From Azolla caroliniana (taxonomy: Eukaryota > Plantae > Polypodiophyta): a stretch of 64,000 nucleotides of DNA. The DNA lies in contig JBHGNT010000010.1 of assembly GCA_043228905.1 (NCBI GenBank), positions 14,074,001 through 14,138,000 of the forward strand, given 5' to 3'. Made by a program: the position numbers and the translations under genes. Below are positions 1 to 12,498 of the stretch, piece after piece. The notes under the pieces are model-generated. The model did not search any database. It saw nothing but the letters and a program-made list of their open reading frames with translations, and was not told the DNA's origin. Each line of letters opens with the position of its first letter. The stretch's first letter is position 1.

Positions 1-26
1 AGAACTACGCCGACTGGAAGATAAAG

Positions 27-3000
27 ATGGAGGATCTGCTCATTGTTCGGGACCTGTATGAACCGATCGACAGGTCGGAAATACCCAAGGGGGTACTTGA
101 GACGGAATGGAGGCTTCTGAACCGGAAAGCCGTTGCAACCATTCGACAATACGTCGACGTGAGCGTTCTACAACATGTGGTGAACGACACCAACGCATAT
201 GAGATGTGGCGGAAGCTGTCGGGCCTCTACGAGAGGAAGAATGCGTTGAACCGGACCTCCCTGATGAGGAAGATAGTGAACCTCAAGTACCGGGACGGCG
301 AGAGTATGGTGGAACACGTAAGCACGTTCATGGGATTCGTGAACCAGCTTGCGGCGATCAAGTTCCCGTTGGAGGATGCAATGCAAGCCATCATCCTGAT
401 GTGTACATTGCCGGAAAGCTGGGAGAACTTGGTGGTGACTCTCAGCACCTCCTGCACCGAAGATAACTTGTCTCTACAAACGGTAAAGACAAGCATTTTG
501 AACGAAGAAGCGCGTCGGAGAGATAAAGAACCGGTTTCCAATCCGAAGATGCTGCTTACCGAATCGGATCGGGGAAGACAATGGAACCGGAGTCCGCAAA
601 GACGGGAGAAGTCGGGGACCCGGTCGCAGTCAAGAGGAAGGCCCACATGCTTCCACTGTGGGAAGTCGGGGCACTTCCGGAAGAATTGTCGGCATTACCG
701 AAAGGACAACGGAGCCGACGACACCGATTCGAAGAAGTCACCGGAGAGAAACGGTGCATACCGGGGAGCCACGGACCGGAGAGGTCCGGATCGACGAGGG
801 CAGGACCGGAAAGGAACGACGGCACTCGCGGCAAGTGAAGAAGAGATAATGCTCATTACCGAAGAGAGGGAGCTGAACCTTGCCGGTGTAGAGATGACCT
901 GGGTGGTCGATTCCGGAGCATCGTTCCACCTGACCCCGGAGAAGAAATACTTCTCATCCTACACAGCCGGTGAGCACGGCTGTGTCCGGATGGGAAATGA
1001 AGGCACATGCCGGATTGCCGGCATAGGAGACGTGTGGCTGATGACATCAACCGGATGCAAGATGCTGCTGAAGGATGTTCGACACGTTCCGGAGGTTCGA
1101 TTGAACCTGATTTCGGCCGGGAGGCTAGACGATGAAGGCTACACGGGTAGCATCCGGAACGGTGTCATGAAGTTCAGCAAAGGGAGCCTGATAGTGGCTC
1201 GGGCCCGGAAGATCAACACACTGTACCTGATGAATTCCCGGCTATGTCCGGAGGAGCTGAACGTGGCAGATGACACTGCCGGTGAGCTATGGCACAAGAG
1301 ACTGTGCCACATGAGCGAGAAGGGGATGAAGAGGCTTGCCGAAGACAACCTGATACCGGTAAAGCATGTACACTTGGGGAAGTGTACCGACTGTCTGGCC
1401 GATAAGCAAAACCGGACCTCCTTCCACACAAGGCCACCGACGAGACGTAGCGCACCATTGGAGTTGGTGCACACTGACGTGTGTCAAGTAGAAACGAAGT
1501 CACATGGCGGAGCCCAGTACTTCGTGACATTCATTGATGACCACAGCCGGAAGCTGTGGACGGCACCGTTGAAGACAAAGGACCAAGTATTGTCCGTCTT
1601 CAAAGAACTCCACGTGAGAGTGGAAAGGGAATCCGGCAAGAAGCTGAAAGCGATACGAGCGGATAACGGAGGGGAATACCGGGGGCAGTTCCAGGAGTAC
1701 TGTCGCTCGAAGGGAATCCGGCTCGAGTTTACTGTGCCGAAGACGCCGGAACTGAACGGGCTGGCCGAGAGGATGAACCGGACCATAATGGAGAGGGTCC
1801 GGAGTATGCTAGCACATGCGAAATTACCCAAGGGATTTTGGGCTGAGGCAATGTCGACGGCGACGTATGTGATAAATAGATCACCCTCAGTACCTTTGGA
1901 CGGAGACACGCCGCAGAAAGTGTGGACCGGTAAGGAAGTGTCCTACCGGCATCTGAAGGTGTTCGGGTGTCTCGCATACGTGCATGTGGCAAAGGACCGG
2001 AGAGGAAAGTTAGATCCAAAGACCTGGCCATGCATATTCCTCAGTTACGGCGACGACGAGTTCGGCTACCGAGTATGGGACCCGGTCGACAAGAAGATAT
2101 TCAGGAGTCGAGATATCATCTTCATGGAGGACAAGACACTCGCCGACTGGGAGTCGGAGAAGAAGATGAAGAGCTCCAAGTCGACCGGTGAGGATCAACT
2201 CTACGAAGAGCAGTCCCGACCGGCAAGGGACCGGTTAGCACTCGAGGATCCGGCCGAAGACGGTGAAGAAACAGAACCGGCCGAGGAAGATGAAACTGAT
2301 ACCGGAACCGGCCCCGATCCAGAAATGGATTCGGATGAAGAGGAAACGGAGGAGCCGGTTACCGAAGCTCCGGAACGGAGATATCCTCTAAGAGAGAGAA
2401 GGGCCCCCCGAAGATTTCCGGAACCAGAGCACGTGCTGCTAACCGACGAGGGGGAGCCGGAGAGCTTTGAAGAAGCAAAACTTGACACCCATAGCCGCAG
2501 GTGGTTAAGTGCCATGCAGGAGGAGATGGATTCCCTGCATGAGAACCACACATATGAACTTGTGGAGTTGCCGAAAGGAAAGCGGGCACTTCGAAACAAG
2601 TGGGTGTTCAAGCTGAAACCGGGAGATGTCGGAAACCCCCCGAGATACAAAGCCAGGATCGTAGTGAAGGGGTTCCAGCAGAAGAAGGGCGTCGACTTCG
2701 ACGAGATATTTGCCCCGGTAGTGAAGATGACCTCCATCCGGACGGTGCTGAGCATAGCGGCAAGCGTGGACCTCGAGGTAGAACAGATGGACATGAAGAC
2801 GGCATTCCTTCATGGTGACCTCGAAGAAGAGATCTACATGCAGCAACCGGAAGGATTCGAGAAGAAAGGGAAGGAGCACCTGGTATGCCGGTTGAAGAAG
2901 AGCCTTTACGGACTGAAGCAGGCTCCCCGGCAATGGTACCGGAAGTTCGACTCTTTCATGACCGACGAAGGCTACCACAAAACGCAATCCGATCACTGCG

Positions 3001-4025
3001 TGTTTGTGAAGAAGTTCGAAGGAGGAGACTTTCTAATACTCCTCCTGTACGTGGACGACATGTTGATCGTCGGACGGGACCAGGCCAAGATACGGATGCT
3101 GAAGAAAGCGCTTCACCGAACTTTCTCAATGAAGGACCTGGGTCCGGCGAGGCAAATACTAGGGATGCACATCATCCGGAACCGGAAGAAGAAGCTGTTG
3201 TGGCTGTCACAGGAGAAGTACGTGACAAAGGTGCTTCACCGGTTCAACATGTCGGAAGCAAGACCGGTCGGGTCAACCCTCCCAGCAAACTGCAAGTTGT
3301 CCAGCAAGCAAAGCCCCAAGACAAAGGCTGAGAAGGAGGACATGATGAAAGTACCATATGCCTCTGCCGTCGGAAGCTTGATGTACGCAATGGTGTGTAC
3401 AAGACCGGACATAGGATACGCAGTCGGAGTGGTGAGCCGGTACATGAGCAATCCCGGCAAAGACCACTGGAACGCGGTCAAGTGGATACTCCGATACCTG
3501 AAGGGCACGGCAAACGTGTGCCTCCGATTCGGCTCCGGTAAGCCCGAACTCGACGGCTTTACCGATTCGGATATGTCGGCTAATGCAGATACCAACCGGT
3601 CCACATCAGGGTATGTGATGACGTATGCAGGGGGAGCTGTTTCGTGGCAGTCGAGGCTGCAGAAGACGGTTGCGTTGTCAACCACGGAGGCGGAGTACAT
3701 GGCGGCTGTTGAAGCCGGCAAGGAAATAATATGGATGAAGGACTTCATTAGAGAGCTCGGTATCCGGCAGGAGGAGTACCGACTCTACTGCGACAGTCAG
3801 AGTGCCATCCACCTTGCGAAGAATGCGGCCTATCACTCCCGGACGAAGCACATCCAGCGTAGATACCACTGGATCCGGGAAAGGATAGAAGACCAGGAGT
3901 TCGTGCTGACGAAGATCCACACGGAAGAGAACGGGTCAGATATACTGACCAAAGTGCTCACACCCGACAAGCTGGAAGCGTGCCGGAAGAGGGTCGGACT
4001 GGAAAGACATCCCATGCCGAAGTGA
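27..4025 (+). CDS. Copia Gag-Pol polyprotein (capsid, CCHC knuckle, protease, integrase, RT, RNase H); true start probably upstream of window
   Basis: CFHCGKSGHFRKNC zinc knuckle, WVVDSGAS protease, LWHKRLCH/HTDVC/ADNGGEY/NGLAER integrase, YKARIVVKGF, LYGLKQAPRQWY, YVDDM RT, CDSQSAI/RTKHI RNase H. Confidence 0.97.
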   Translation: MEDLLIVRDLYEPIDRSEIPKGVLETEWRLLNRKAVATIRQYVDVSVLQHVVNDTNAYEMWRKLSGLYERKNALNRTSLMRKIVNLKYRDGESMVEHVSTFMGFVNQLAAIKFPLEDAMQAIILMCTLPESWENLVVTLSTSCTEDNLSLQTVKTSILNEEARRRDKEPVSNPKMLLTESDRGRQWNRSPQRREKSGTRSQSRGRPTCFHCGKSGHFRKNCRHYRKDNGADDTDSKKSPERNGAYRGATDRRGPDRRGQDRKGTTALAASEEEIMLITEERELNLAGVEMTWVVDSGASFHLTPEKKYFSSYTAGEHGCVRMGNEGTCRIAGIGDVWLMTSTGCKMLLKDVRHVPEVRLNLISAGRLDDEGYTGSIRNGVMKFSKGSLIVARARKINTLYLMNSRLCPEELNVADDTAGELWHKRLCHMSEKGMKRLAEDNLIPVKHVHLGKCTDCLADKQNRTSFHTRPPTRRSAPLELVHTDVCQVETKSHGGAQYFVTFIDDHSRKLWTAPLKTKDQVLSVFKELHVRVERESGKKLKAIRADNGGEYRGQFQEYCRSKGIRLEFTVPKTPELNGLAERMNRTIMERVRSMLAHAKLPKGFWAEAMSTATYVINRSPSVPLDGDTPQKVWTGKEVSYRHLKVFGCLAYVHVAKDRRGKLDPKTWPCIFLSYGDDEFGYRVWDPVDKKIFRSRDIIFMEDKTLADWESEKKMKSSKSTGEDQLYEEQSRPARDRLALEDPAEDGEETEPAEEDETDTGTGPDPEMDSDEEETEEPVTEAPERRYPLRERRAPRRFPEPEHVLLTDEGEPESFEEAKLDTHSRRWLSAMQEEMDSLHENHTYELVELPKGKRALRNKWVFKLKPGDVGNPPRYKARIVVKGFQQKKGVDFDEIFAPVVKMTSIRTVLSIAASVDLEVEQMDMKTAFLHGDLEEEIYMQQPEGFEKKGKEHLVCRLKKSLYGLKQAPRQWYRKFDSFMTDEGYHKTQSDHCVFVKKFEGGDFLILLLYVDDMLIVGRDQAKIRMLKKALHRTFSMKDLGPARQILGMHIIRNRKKKLLWLSQEKYVTKVLHRFNMSEARPVGSTLPANCKLSSKQSPKTKAEKEDMMKVPYASAVGSLMYAMVCTRPDIGYAVGVVSRYMSNPGKDHWNAVKWILRYLKGTANVCLRFGSGKPELDGFTDSDMSANADTNRSTSGYVMTYAGGAVSWQSRLQKTVALSTTEAEYMAAVEAGKEIIWMKDFIRELGIRQEEYRLYCDSQSAIHLAKNAAYHSRTKHIQRRYHWIRERIEDQEFVLTKIHTEENGSDILTKVLTPDKLEACRKRVGLERHPMPK

Positions 4026-4035
4026 AGGGGGAGTT

Positions 4036-4639
4036 TGTTGGGATTACGGTCCCTCCGGATGGGATGGTCGGATGTCCGGGAATCGGATGATGAAGACCCC
4101 GACTACGGAGCCGGATGATGAAGACCCCGGCTACGGAGCCGGATGATGAAGACCCCGGCTACGGAGCCGGATGATGAAGACCCCGGAGAGAGATCCGGAT
4201 GCGGGGACATATTTGTGAATATGTTTGCCAAGGGCCCTTGAGGCTATATTTGTAAATAGCCCGAAAGTCATATGTGTATAAATATGACTTAGGGCAAACA
4301 GTTTTAAGTTGTTGCTAAGTTTTCTTGTTTTCACTTAGGGGGAGTGAAGAGAGCAGCCGAGAGAGAGAGAGACGAAGAGGTCGTTGCCTCTGTGTATTAC
4401 CGCCGCTTGTGGCGAAGACAGTGAGCTCAAGGTTGTTGCCTTGTAGCCTCACCATTGTACATCTCTGATTGTAGTGATAGTTGGAGTTTGAGGACTCCCG
4501 TGGTTTTTCCCATTTAGGGCTTTCCACGTAAAACATCCAGTGTACTCTTCTCTCTATTGTCTACGTGCATCTTGTATTTCCTGTTTTCTGTGAGTTAATC
4601 CTATTCCTCAGTTGTGGCCGAGCACTGTTTTGCATCACA
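4036..4639 (+). repeat. 3' LTR of Copia-1, with about 3.6 tandem copies of a 28-bp unit (4085-4186)
   Basis: Starts TG after PPT and ends CA; homologous to LTRs at 41255-42021, 46114-46747 and 55264-56030; unit GGATGATGAAGACCCCGGCTACGGAGCC. Confidence 0.88.
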
Positions 4640-5220
4640 AAACCGGTTGTGCTTGTTCGGTCTTCAAGAAGGATGATCATATCTTTTCTAAAACATTTAT
4701 CTGTTGCTTGTAGTAGTTCTCAGTCTCTTACCGATAGCTCATTATATCTTTTCTCAAACTCTCTCAACAATTCTGAAACTGAGAGTCCTTTACCCCCTTT
4801 CTCGGTCCATTTGAGAAAGTTCTTCTTTGACATTCGGGTCCGGTCATCTAGCATGTATTCATCAAGCAATGCTTGACGGAACCCGGCCCAATCTTCACGA
4901 AATCTCTCCGATAATTCCGTTACCCTTGCTCGGATATCAAGTGTGCATACCCGATTGATGCGCGAGACCATTTGTTCTCTGATTGCCCCTCTACTAGCCA
5001 TCTCGTATTCGTAGACCTCAAGGAACCGAGTGACGTCCTCGCCATTAAATTTGCTTATCCTCTCGATAACCGTTTGTACGGCGAGCGTTAACTCACTTTC
5101 CATCCGGTTCGTTGCACTTTGCTCTTGAAGCATCTGATTCATCATCGTCATCATGAAACTTGCCATCTCTTCATTGAAGCCCTTATTTGCCATCTCTGTG
5201 TTGGCACCTTTATCCGCCAT
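4640..5220 (-). pseudogene. Gypsy gag fragment interrupted by Copia-1
   Basis: ERISKFNGEDVTRFLEVYEYEM and SELLREFEKRYNELS match ORF 47666 (GEFNGKGVSRYLREYKAEM) and ORF 13005 (SVLLREFEERFARLS); in-frame stop near 4720. Confidence 0.8.
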
Positions 5221-6240
5221 TTTCTTTGATTTTCCGACCTTCTGTTTGTAAAACTTTAACTCCAAAACTCCCCTTGTCAACGACACTTCACGTCGGGTTC
5301 ACCAAATTTGTGTCACGAAGATTGTGGTTGTGTCACAACCGCCGGGGTTCTGTAACTCAGGGATGATCGGGGTGAAAACGCGTAATCGCAGATGGTGCGA
5401 TGACAAGATGCCGAGAAGGCAAGATAAATGCGACGTTGTCACGAAAAGAATTTTACTTGTAAAACAACCACTTACAATATTTATTTGCCAAAAGTTACTT
5501 GGCAAGACTTGAACTCACAAACTCTATTTCAGAAAAAGCATTTGAGATAGACCACTTCAATCTCTCTAGTTTCTATTTATTTGTCTTTCTCTTTCACTTT
5601 ATATATACTAAAATTATATTACAAAATTTGATTACCAAAAGATATTATTTGAAGAGGATTCGAACTCACAACCTTTAGTTTACAAAGAGACGTTTGAGAT
5701 ACACCACTTTAACTTCTTCCTTTTCTTGTTTGCCCTTTCTTTTCTTTAACTCTTGTCTTGATTTACGTAGGCCACCATCTTCTTTGGCGAGCTCTGCATC
5801 CCATACCCACGCGAGCTTCTTCACTCTCTTTTCCTTCTCTTCCTTCTCCTTCTCCTACTCCCTCTAGCCACCATAGGCGTGGCTTATATAGGGTGGTCAA
5901 CCGCCCTACCACCCTCTTGAGGCGGTTGACAAACCGCCTCATGCAAGGCGGTTGTATTTTTATTTTTATTTTTATTTTCTTTTATTTTATTTTCTTTATT
6001 TATTGATGCTACAATTCAATTTTATAGTTCTATATTTAAGAAATTATAGAAATAGCCCTTATTTAATTTTGACTCCCCCTTTTGACATAATTACATTTTT
6101 ATCCCAAGTAACATTAATCCTTCCGAAGCTTGTATCTTGGGCTTCTGAACTCCGATTCACAAACCAAAAATTCAAATGGGAAATGTACTTCTATAGATTT
6201 TTGACATTGTTTCACATCGTGAAGTGTCAACTTCACGACA
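4640..6240 (-). mobile_element. 5' part of a tRNA-Trp-primed Ty3/gypsy element (LTR 5311-6240, PBS 5287-5304, gag N-terminus)
   Basis: Minus-strand LTR TGTCGTGAAG...CTTCGTGACA, TATA-like box near 5883-5892, PBS TGGTGAACCCGACGTGAA, gag homologous to ORFs at 13005 and 47666; inserted in a chromovirus integrase next to ACGT (6241-6244). Confidence 0.85.
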
Positions 6241-6244
6241 ACGT

Positions 6245-9200
6245 AGCCGCTCCAAACAATCCTCTGCACAAGGATTTGTAGGTAACTCTGGGGTTTCAAA
6301 TATACACCACTGGGGGTGACAGCCCGTGTAAGCATAAAATGGTGTTACCTTTGTCAATAAGTGGACGGAGTTATTATATGCAAATTCGGCGAAGTGGAGA
6401 ATATTCGCCCAGTCATCTTGATGATAGCTTAAAAAGCACCGAAGATACTGCTCCAACGTTTGATTAGTTCATTCTGCTTGGTCGTCTGTTTGCGGGTGGT
6501 AGTCGGAGGAGAGGTTACAAGTGACCTTAAGCATTTTAAAGAGGTGCTTCCAAAACTTCGAGATGAACTGGGGTCCACAGTCGCTGATGATACTATCGGG
6601 AAGGCCATGATGCCAACATACTTCACGCATGACAATTTTGGCGGTTTCTTCACTGGAGATTTCCTTAGTACATGGCAGGAAATGGGTCATCTTTGTATAT
6701 CGATCTACTATTGTTAAGATGGCATCGAATCACTTAGAGACCGGAATATCTATGATGAAATCTAGGGCAATGGATTGTCATGGCTCTCTTGGAATTGGTA
6801 ATGGTTCTAATAAACCATATGGATGATGCCTTGGCATTTTTGCTATGCAACATATATCACAAGTCCGAACAAAATCTTCGACCAATTGTCGCATATGGGG
6901 CCACCAAAATGATCGTTGTACTAAATCTAGTGTTTTAGTACTACCAAAATGCCTAGTTGTATATGTGTCATGACAGTTTTGGACTACTTGAAGGCGACAA
7001 GTACCATTATGAACATACAAGAGTTTCTGAAAGAATAGTAATCCATCATGACATTCGAATTGTCGATAGTCCGTACCTGGTTGTTGCGACTGTGAACAAG
7101 ATGCTCGAGAGGGATCAATTTGTGCTAGAATGGCTTGAGCGAAAACATCTGTCTTCAAGACCTCACGAATGGTATCGATAACGTGGGAATCTAAGGGCAT
7201 ACCGAAGACCTACGTTGCTTGCAGTCGTGCCGGTCCCAAGATTACTTGCTTTTGGTTATCGAAACTCGGCTCGTCAAGACGTGGTGCTAGATACGAACGC
7301 CATGATAATGCATCTGCCTTCCCTTGTTGCTTCCCTAGACAATATGTAATTTTGAAGTCGAAACGAGTGAGGAATTGGGCCCACCGAGCTTGACATCGAT
7401 TTAGCACACGAGCATTCTGAAAGTAGGCAAGGTTTTTGTGATCACTGAATACGGTGACTTGATGAGAAGACCCCTCTAGAAAATGCCTCCATTGCGTAAA
7501 AGAGTCCACTATTGCTAATAGCTCCTTATCATGAATTTCATAGTTGATTTCTGCGGCGTCAAACTTGCGTGACTGGAAAGCCACAGGATGTAGCTTTTCA
7601 TCATCGCCTTGTTGAGACAGAATGCTACCCAAAGCGAAATTCGACGCATCTGCTTCAATGATGAATGGTTTTTCTGGATCAACATGAGCTAAAATAGGAG
7701 CTGGTGTAAATGCCTTCTTAAGACTCTCAAAAGCAATGTCTGCTTCTTCAGATCAAACAAACGATTTTCCCTTCCTGGTAAGTTGTGTGAGAGGCAGAAC
7801 AAGCTTTGAGTAATCCTGTGTGAACTTGTGGTAAAAATTGGCAAAGCCTAAAAAGCATTGTTCATCTCACAACGAACGCGGAGTCTGCCACTCTACCACC
7901 GTTTTGACCTTAGTTGGATCCATGGAGATGCCTTCCGAGGAAATGACATAGCCCAAAAATTCTACTTGGTTGCACCCGAAACTACATTTTTCCAGTTTTG
8001 CATAAAGACCATGTTCTCGATATCGTTTTAGTACTAACAGTACATCAGAATCATGCTCTTCTTGGGTCTTTGAATAACCAGTAGATCATCCAAATAGATT
8101 ATCAAAAAATCATCCAAGAGATCTGAATATATCATTTGCCATGTGTTGGAAGACTGTTGGCGCATTAGTGAGGCCGAATGGCATGACCATATACTCGAAG
8201 TGCCCATATCTGGTGTGAACCGCAATCTTCCATTCATCTCCTGGTCGGATCCATACGAGGTTATACGCTCCACGTAAGTCGATCTTTGTAAAGAACCTTG
8301 CACCATTGATCCGTTCTAACAGACTTGAGATAAGGGGAAGTGCATACCTATTCCTGATGGTGACTTTATTCAACCCACGGTAATCTACGACGAGACGAAG
8401 TGATCCATCCTTTTTCTTGACGAAGAAAATGGGTGCTCTGGCTGGACATTTCGAATGTCGAATGAACCATTTGCCAAATTCTCCTCTATATAGGCTCGAA
8501 GTACTTCTAGCTCGGTTGGTGACAAATTGTAGATCGGTCCCCATGGTGGCTCTTTTCCCGATTGTAAATCGATGGGGCAATCATACGGTCGATGGTGAGG
8601 AAGCGTATTAGCTCGTACTTTATCGAACACATCGGCATAATGACGATACTTCTCTGGACGTTGAACGGTGGACTCCTCTTTATTGATACTAGAGGGGTTT
8701 ACTCATATTGCAAAGAGAAACATTTCTTCCTTGCGTCCTTCCTCACGCAACTGATGTAGCGAAATGGTTGCAATCTTATGAGTAGATCCTCAGGTTTGTC
8801 GACACCGTATTTCTCTTGTTCTCCAATCTATGGTTGAGTTATGTAATTCAAACCATGGTAATACCAAAACAATGGGATGTTCTGGGATACTACTTATATT
8901 AAATGATACTACACATAGTAAGTTATCTAGGACAATATTAACAGGTTCTGACTCTTCTATAATATTCCCGGAAGCAATGGGATGACCATCAATGACTACT
9001 ACAAAGGCTGGACATGGGAGTTTCTTTAGGGATATCTGATGAGCTTGGGCAAAATTCCTATCCATGAAGCAAGAGTTGGATCCAGAATCTAAGAGTGGTA
9101 AGACATGTACTGGAGGAGTACTTTTAGTACTAACCATTACTTGAGCTAAGAACACATTGCTAACTTGCTTAGAGGAAATGGAACCACTAATGGGCTGCAC

Positions 9201-10581
9201 AAATCTAGGGTTGTCCAACCAAACGGCTCCTATTTTGGCTAGACTTAATCGTTTAACTCTTCTTCTAGTTGACTAAGGATTTCAAATTTGTTTGAAAGGC
9301 TTGGGCTATTAGGATTATCAGACACACCTAGAGAAATAGACTCGGGTTTAGTACTATTAGTACTAGTGGTTATTTGATTTACCTGCCTTTTCGGCAGATG
9401 GGGACAGTTCACTGCAATATGCCCCAGTCCACCGCAATAAAGACATAATCAATTTGCCCTACGTCGCTGCTTTTCTTCTTCCAATAGTGGCCCGCGACGA
9501 CGTGTGGTGTGGATTTCCATTGGAGTCGGAGTATTTGTTGGAGACGTATTTAATGACTCCCTTGGGAAAGGATTTGCTACGATTGAAGAGTAGGTGGGCT
9601 CCGATCTTGTCCACGGTATTTGGAACTAACGTTCCGAACGTCGTTCGAAGAGGCGATTATCATATCGCACCACACGACTAATTGCTTCTGTCAATGACGT
9701 TGGCTCCTCAGGGAAAGTTAAGAGTAAATCTTTAACATCATTACATAGGCCAAAAACGAAATTGCTCCATTAGTGCCTAGTCATCCCAAGGAATATCGGT
9801 GGCGAGAAGACGGAAATCCGCAGCATAAGCCGAGGCCGGCGGCCACTCACCTTGGCACAATCTTCGGATTTTGTTGATTGTTGTTCTAACACTGTCGGTA
9901 TCTCCAAAACTGGCTTTAAACTCGGTAATAAACTCTTCAAAATTATTTAACAAGGGAGAGCTTTTTCTAACAGGGGGGCGAACCATGCCAAAGTCGTGCC
10001 ACTAAGTAGAGTGCCTACTAGTCCCACTCGTGATGCATCGGTGGGATATCGAGAAGGATGCATTTGAATGACTAATCGTACCTGATTAAGGAATCCTCTA
10101 AACTGCAATCGCGTTCCATTGAATTTCATGGGAAGGCCGATCTTGGGTTCTTTATGAATCCCTTGCATATTGGGTCCTTGTTGTTGCATCGCTACTAAGG
10201 TTGCTTTGAGTTGTTGCACACATACCACTAGTTCCCCATGTTGTTGTTGCGTCTGCTTCTTTTCTAAGGAGCTTTGTTGAAGATCCCCCAACAACCGTTG
10301 ATTTTCTTGTTCCAAAGCAAGGAACTTCTCTTTCAAGCATTGCAACTCTGAGAAAATGGATTGATATTCTTGAGCGCTAACAGTGGCCATAGTATGAGAG
10401 AAAAGAGGAATAAGAGATTATTATGAAGGGCGGGAGAAGTAAGAAGATAAAGGACGAGAAGGAAGGAGAGAAAAATCGGTTCAAACTGTCACGAACAGTA
10501 CTAAAACAGAGAAGGAATTAGTATTAAAAGATGAGGATTAGTACTAAGGGAGGTGTAGAACTCTCGAGAGAAGGAAAGTGT

Positions 10582-10622
<41 letters not shown>

Positions 10623-10917
10623 GATAACAAAAGATATATATTATGTTAAGGGAATATATAATAGTAGCTAGGAGGCTTAAGACTAACGTTGAATCGATTT
10701 GGTTCGAAATAATGTCTTGTGCCTCTTTTTATATTGTTCTCAGGAGTACTCCTGAAGTTTCTAGAATTTTCCAGAGAAATCTGGAATATACATCAATTTT
10801 CTGAAGTAAAACTTAAATGAAAATAATATCTTTCATATTATAACATATAGTCTAATGGTCAAGAGCTTTACCCATGTAACATAAGGTTATGGGTTTGAGT
10901 CTTGCCATATCATGACA
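6245..10917 (-). mobile_element. Degenerate Tcn1-like chromovirus (Ty3/gypsy): 5' LTR 10487-10917, gag, PR, RT, RNase H, INT; 3' end displaced by nested insertion
   Basis: Gag KEPKIGLPMKFNG, protease [28 protein letters not shown] and YLDDLL, RNase H NYEIHDKELLAIV, INT HGLPDSIISD and YHPQTD; many frameshifts; same family as 61160-64000. Confidence 0.92.
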
Positions 10918-11314
10918 CATAGATACATACAAATACATTTTTTTTAAAAAGAAATAAAGACGAGTCTCCAATTATGTCCGTTGCAAAGCAGTTACCAATG
11001 CGAGTAATTGCTAGATTGGATAAAAAATTGTTTATTGACCCTAGTCCCTTAATTGCTAACTATTCATCTCATATTTGGATTTTACACTCTTGGCCACTTG
11101 TTGATCTATAGTGGGATCTAGCGGATTATGGTTGGAATTTGTCCATGCCTAACAATTCCAATAAGGTCCTCCCATTCTTCACATATTTGGTGGCGTTCAG
11201 GAGAAAATTTATGTTGAGGCAAACTGAAACAATACATGTTGGAAAAAAGTATTGGGAGGAAGGTAATGTCTCATCTTCTCGTATGATGATGTTTTGGAAA
11301 CAGTTTTTGGTCAA

Positions 11315-12498
11315 CTAAATGTATGAACAAGATATTACACTTTCGTTGGTTGATGATTCATTATGCGTTGCCAGTAGGCGGCTTGTATCTGGTTCGGACG
11401 GTATCTTGTTCTCACTTGTACTCCCCCTCAAGCTTGGCAGGTCAAGGACCGTCAATCCAAGGTCTGACAGGAATTGCCGAAGCTTGTCGGCTCCTAGGGC
11501 TTTGGTGCAGATGTCGGCTGTCTGAAGATTCATAGTGATATGTTGTAGGTCGACATCGCCAACCTGAATGCGCTCTCGAATGAGTGATAATGCACTTCGA
11601 TATGCTTCATGTGTGCGTGGAACCCCGGGTTCTGAGCTAGATAAATACTACTCATGTTGTCGCAGTAAAGGGGAATTGGATCTTTGATGGGAACGCCCAA
11701 ATCCTTCAATATCCTCTTAAGCCATACGGATTCACATGTAGCCACCGCCGCGCCCCTATATTCGGCCTCTGTGCTCGAAAGAGCGATGGTTGGTTGCTTC
11801 TTGCTACTCCAAGAGATGGCTCCACTTCCGATGGAGAAGACGAAACCAAAGGCTGATCGTCGGTCGGCTTTGTAGCTTGCCCAGTCGGCATCTGTGTACC
11901 CCTCGAGTTGAATTAGTGTGGCCGACTTATAGAGAATGCCATAGTCCATCATTCCGCTCACGTATCGTAGCACTCTCTTAGCACAATCCAAATGGATATC
12001 TCATGGCATTTGCATGAACTGGCTAAGAAGGCCGACCAGATAGCTCTGGTCTGGTTGAGTGATCGTGAGGTAGATAAGACTACCGATCAGTTGTCGATAC
12101 TGAGTCGGCTCACACTCTATGGTGCCAGAATTGGCATCTACTTTGAGGTTTCGGTCGAGAGGTGTTACCATAGACTTGCACTCAGTCATCCCGAACTTGT
12201 ATAACAAGTTGAGAATGTAGTGCCGTTGGGAGATCATAATCCCAGCTGGAGTCCAAATTACCTCGATGCCAAGTAGTGGAGTTCTTTCATGTCTGTCATC
12301 TCGAATTTTTTGGAAAGGAGGGATTTGACCTTGTTGATGTTGACTAGATGCTCACCTCCAATGACCAGATCATCCACGTACAGGATGATGATGATCGGAC
12401 TTTCGGAAAAGCTTCTTACATAGAGAGAATTTTCGGATTTTGACATTCGGAAGCCAATTCGATGAAGATATTGTGTTATCTTCGAGTGCCAAGCACGT
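11315..12498 (-). pseudogene. Old Ty1/copia (Copia-A), RT C-terminus/RNase H segment
   Basis: YVDDLV, GYTDADW, SSTEAEY, YCDNMS, ADICTKAL; reading frame joins 19004+ as LKQAPR|AWHSK across the Gypsy-B insertion. Confidence 0.9.

Larger units (their letters stand above)
1..4639 (+). mobile_element. Ty1/copia LTR retrotransposon (Tnt1/Tork-like), 5' end outside window (Copia-1)
   Basis: Uninterrupted gag-pol ORF, PPT GAAGGGGGAG at 4024-4033, 3' LTR TGTTGGG...ATCACA; right flank is a Gypsy gag fragment. Confidence 0.95.

Noticed and set aside
5287-5304. tRNA-Trp gene (also 47653-47670)
   Set aside because: Only the 18-nt 3' end including CCA, directly next to an LTR: a primer-binding site, not a tRNA gene
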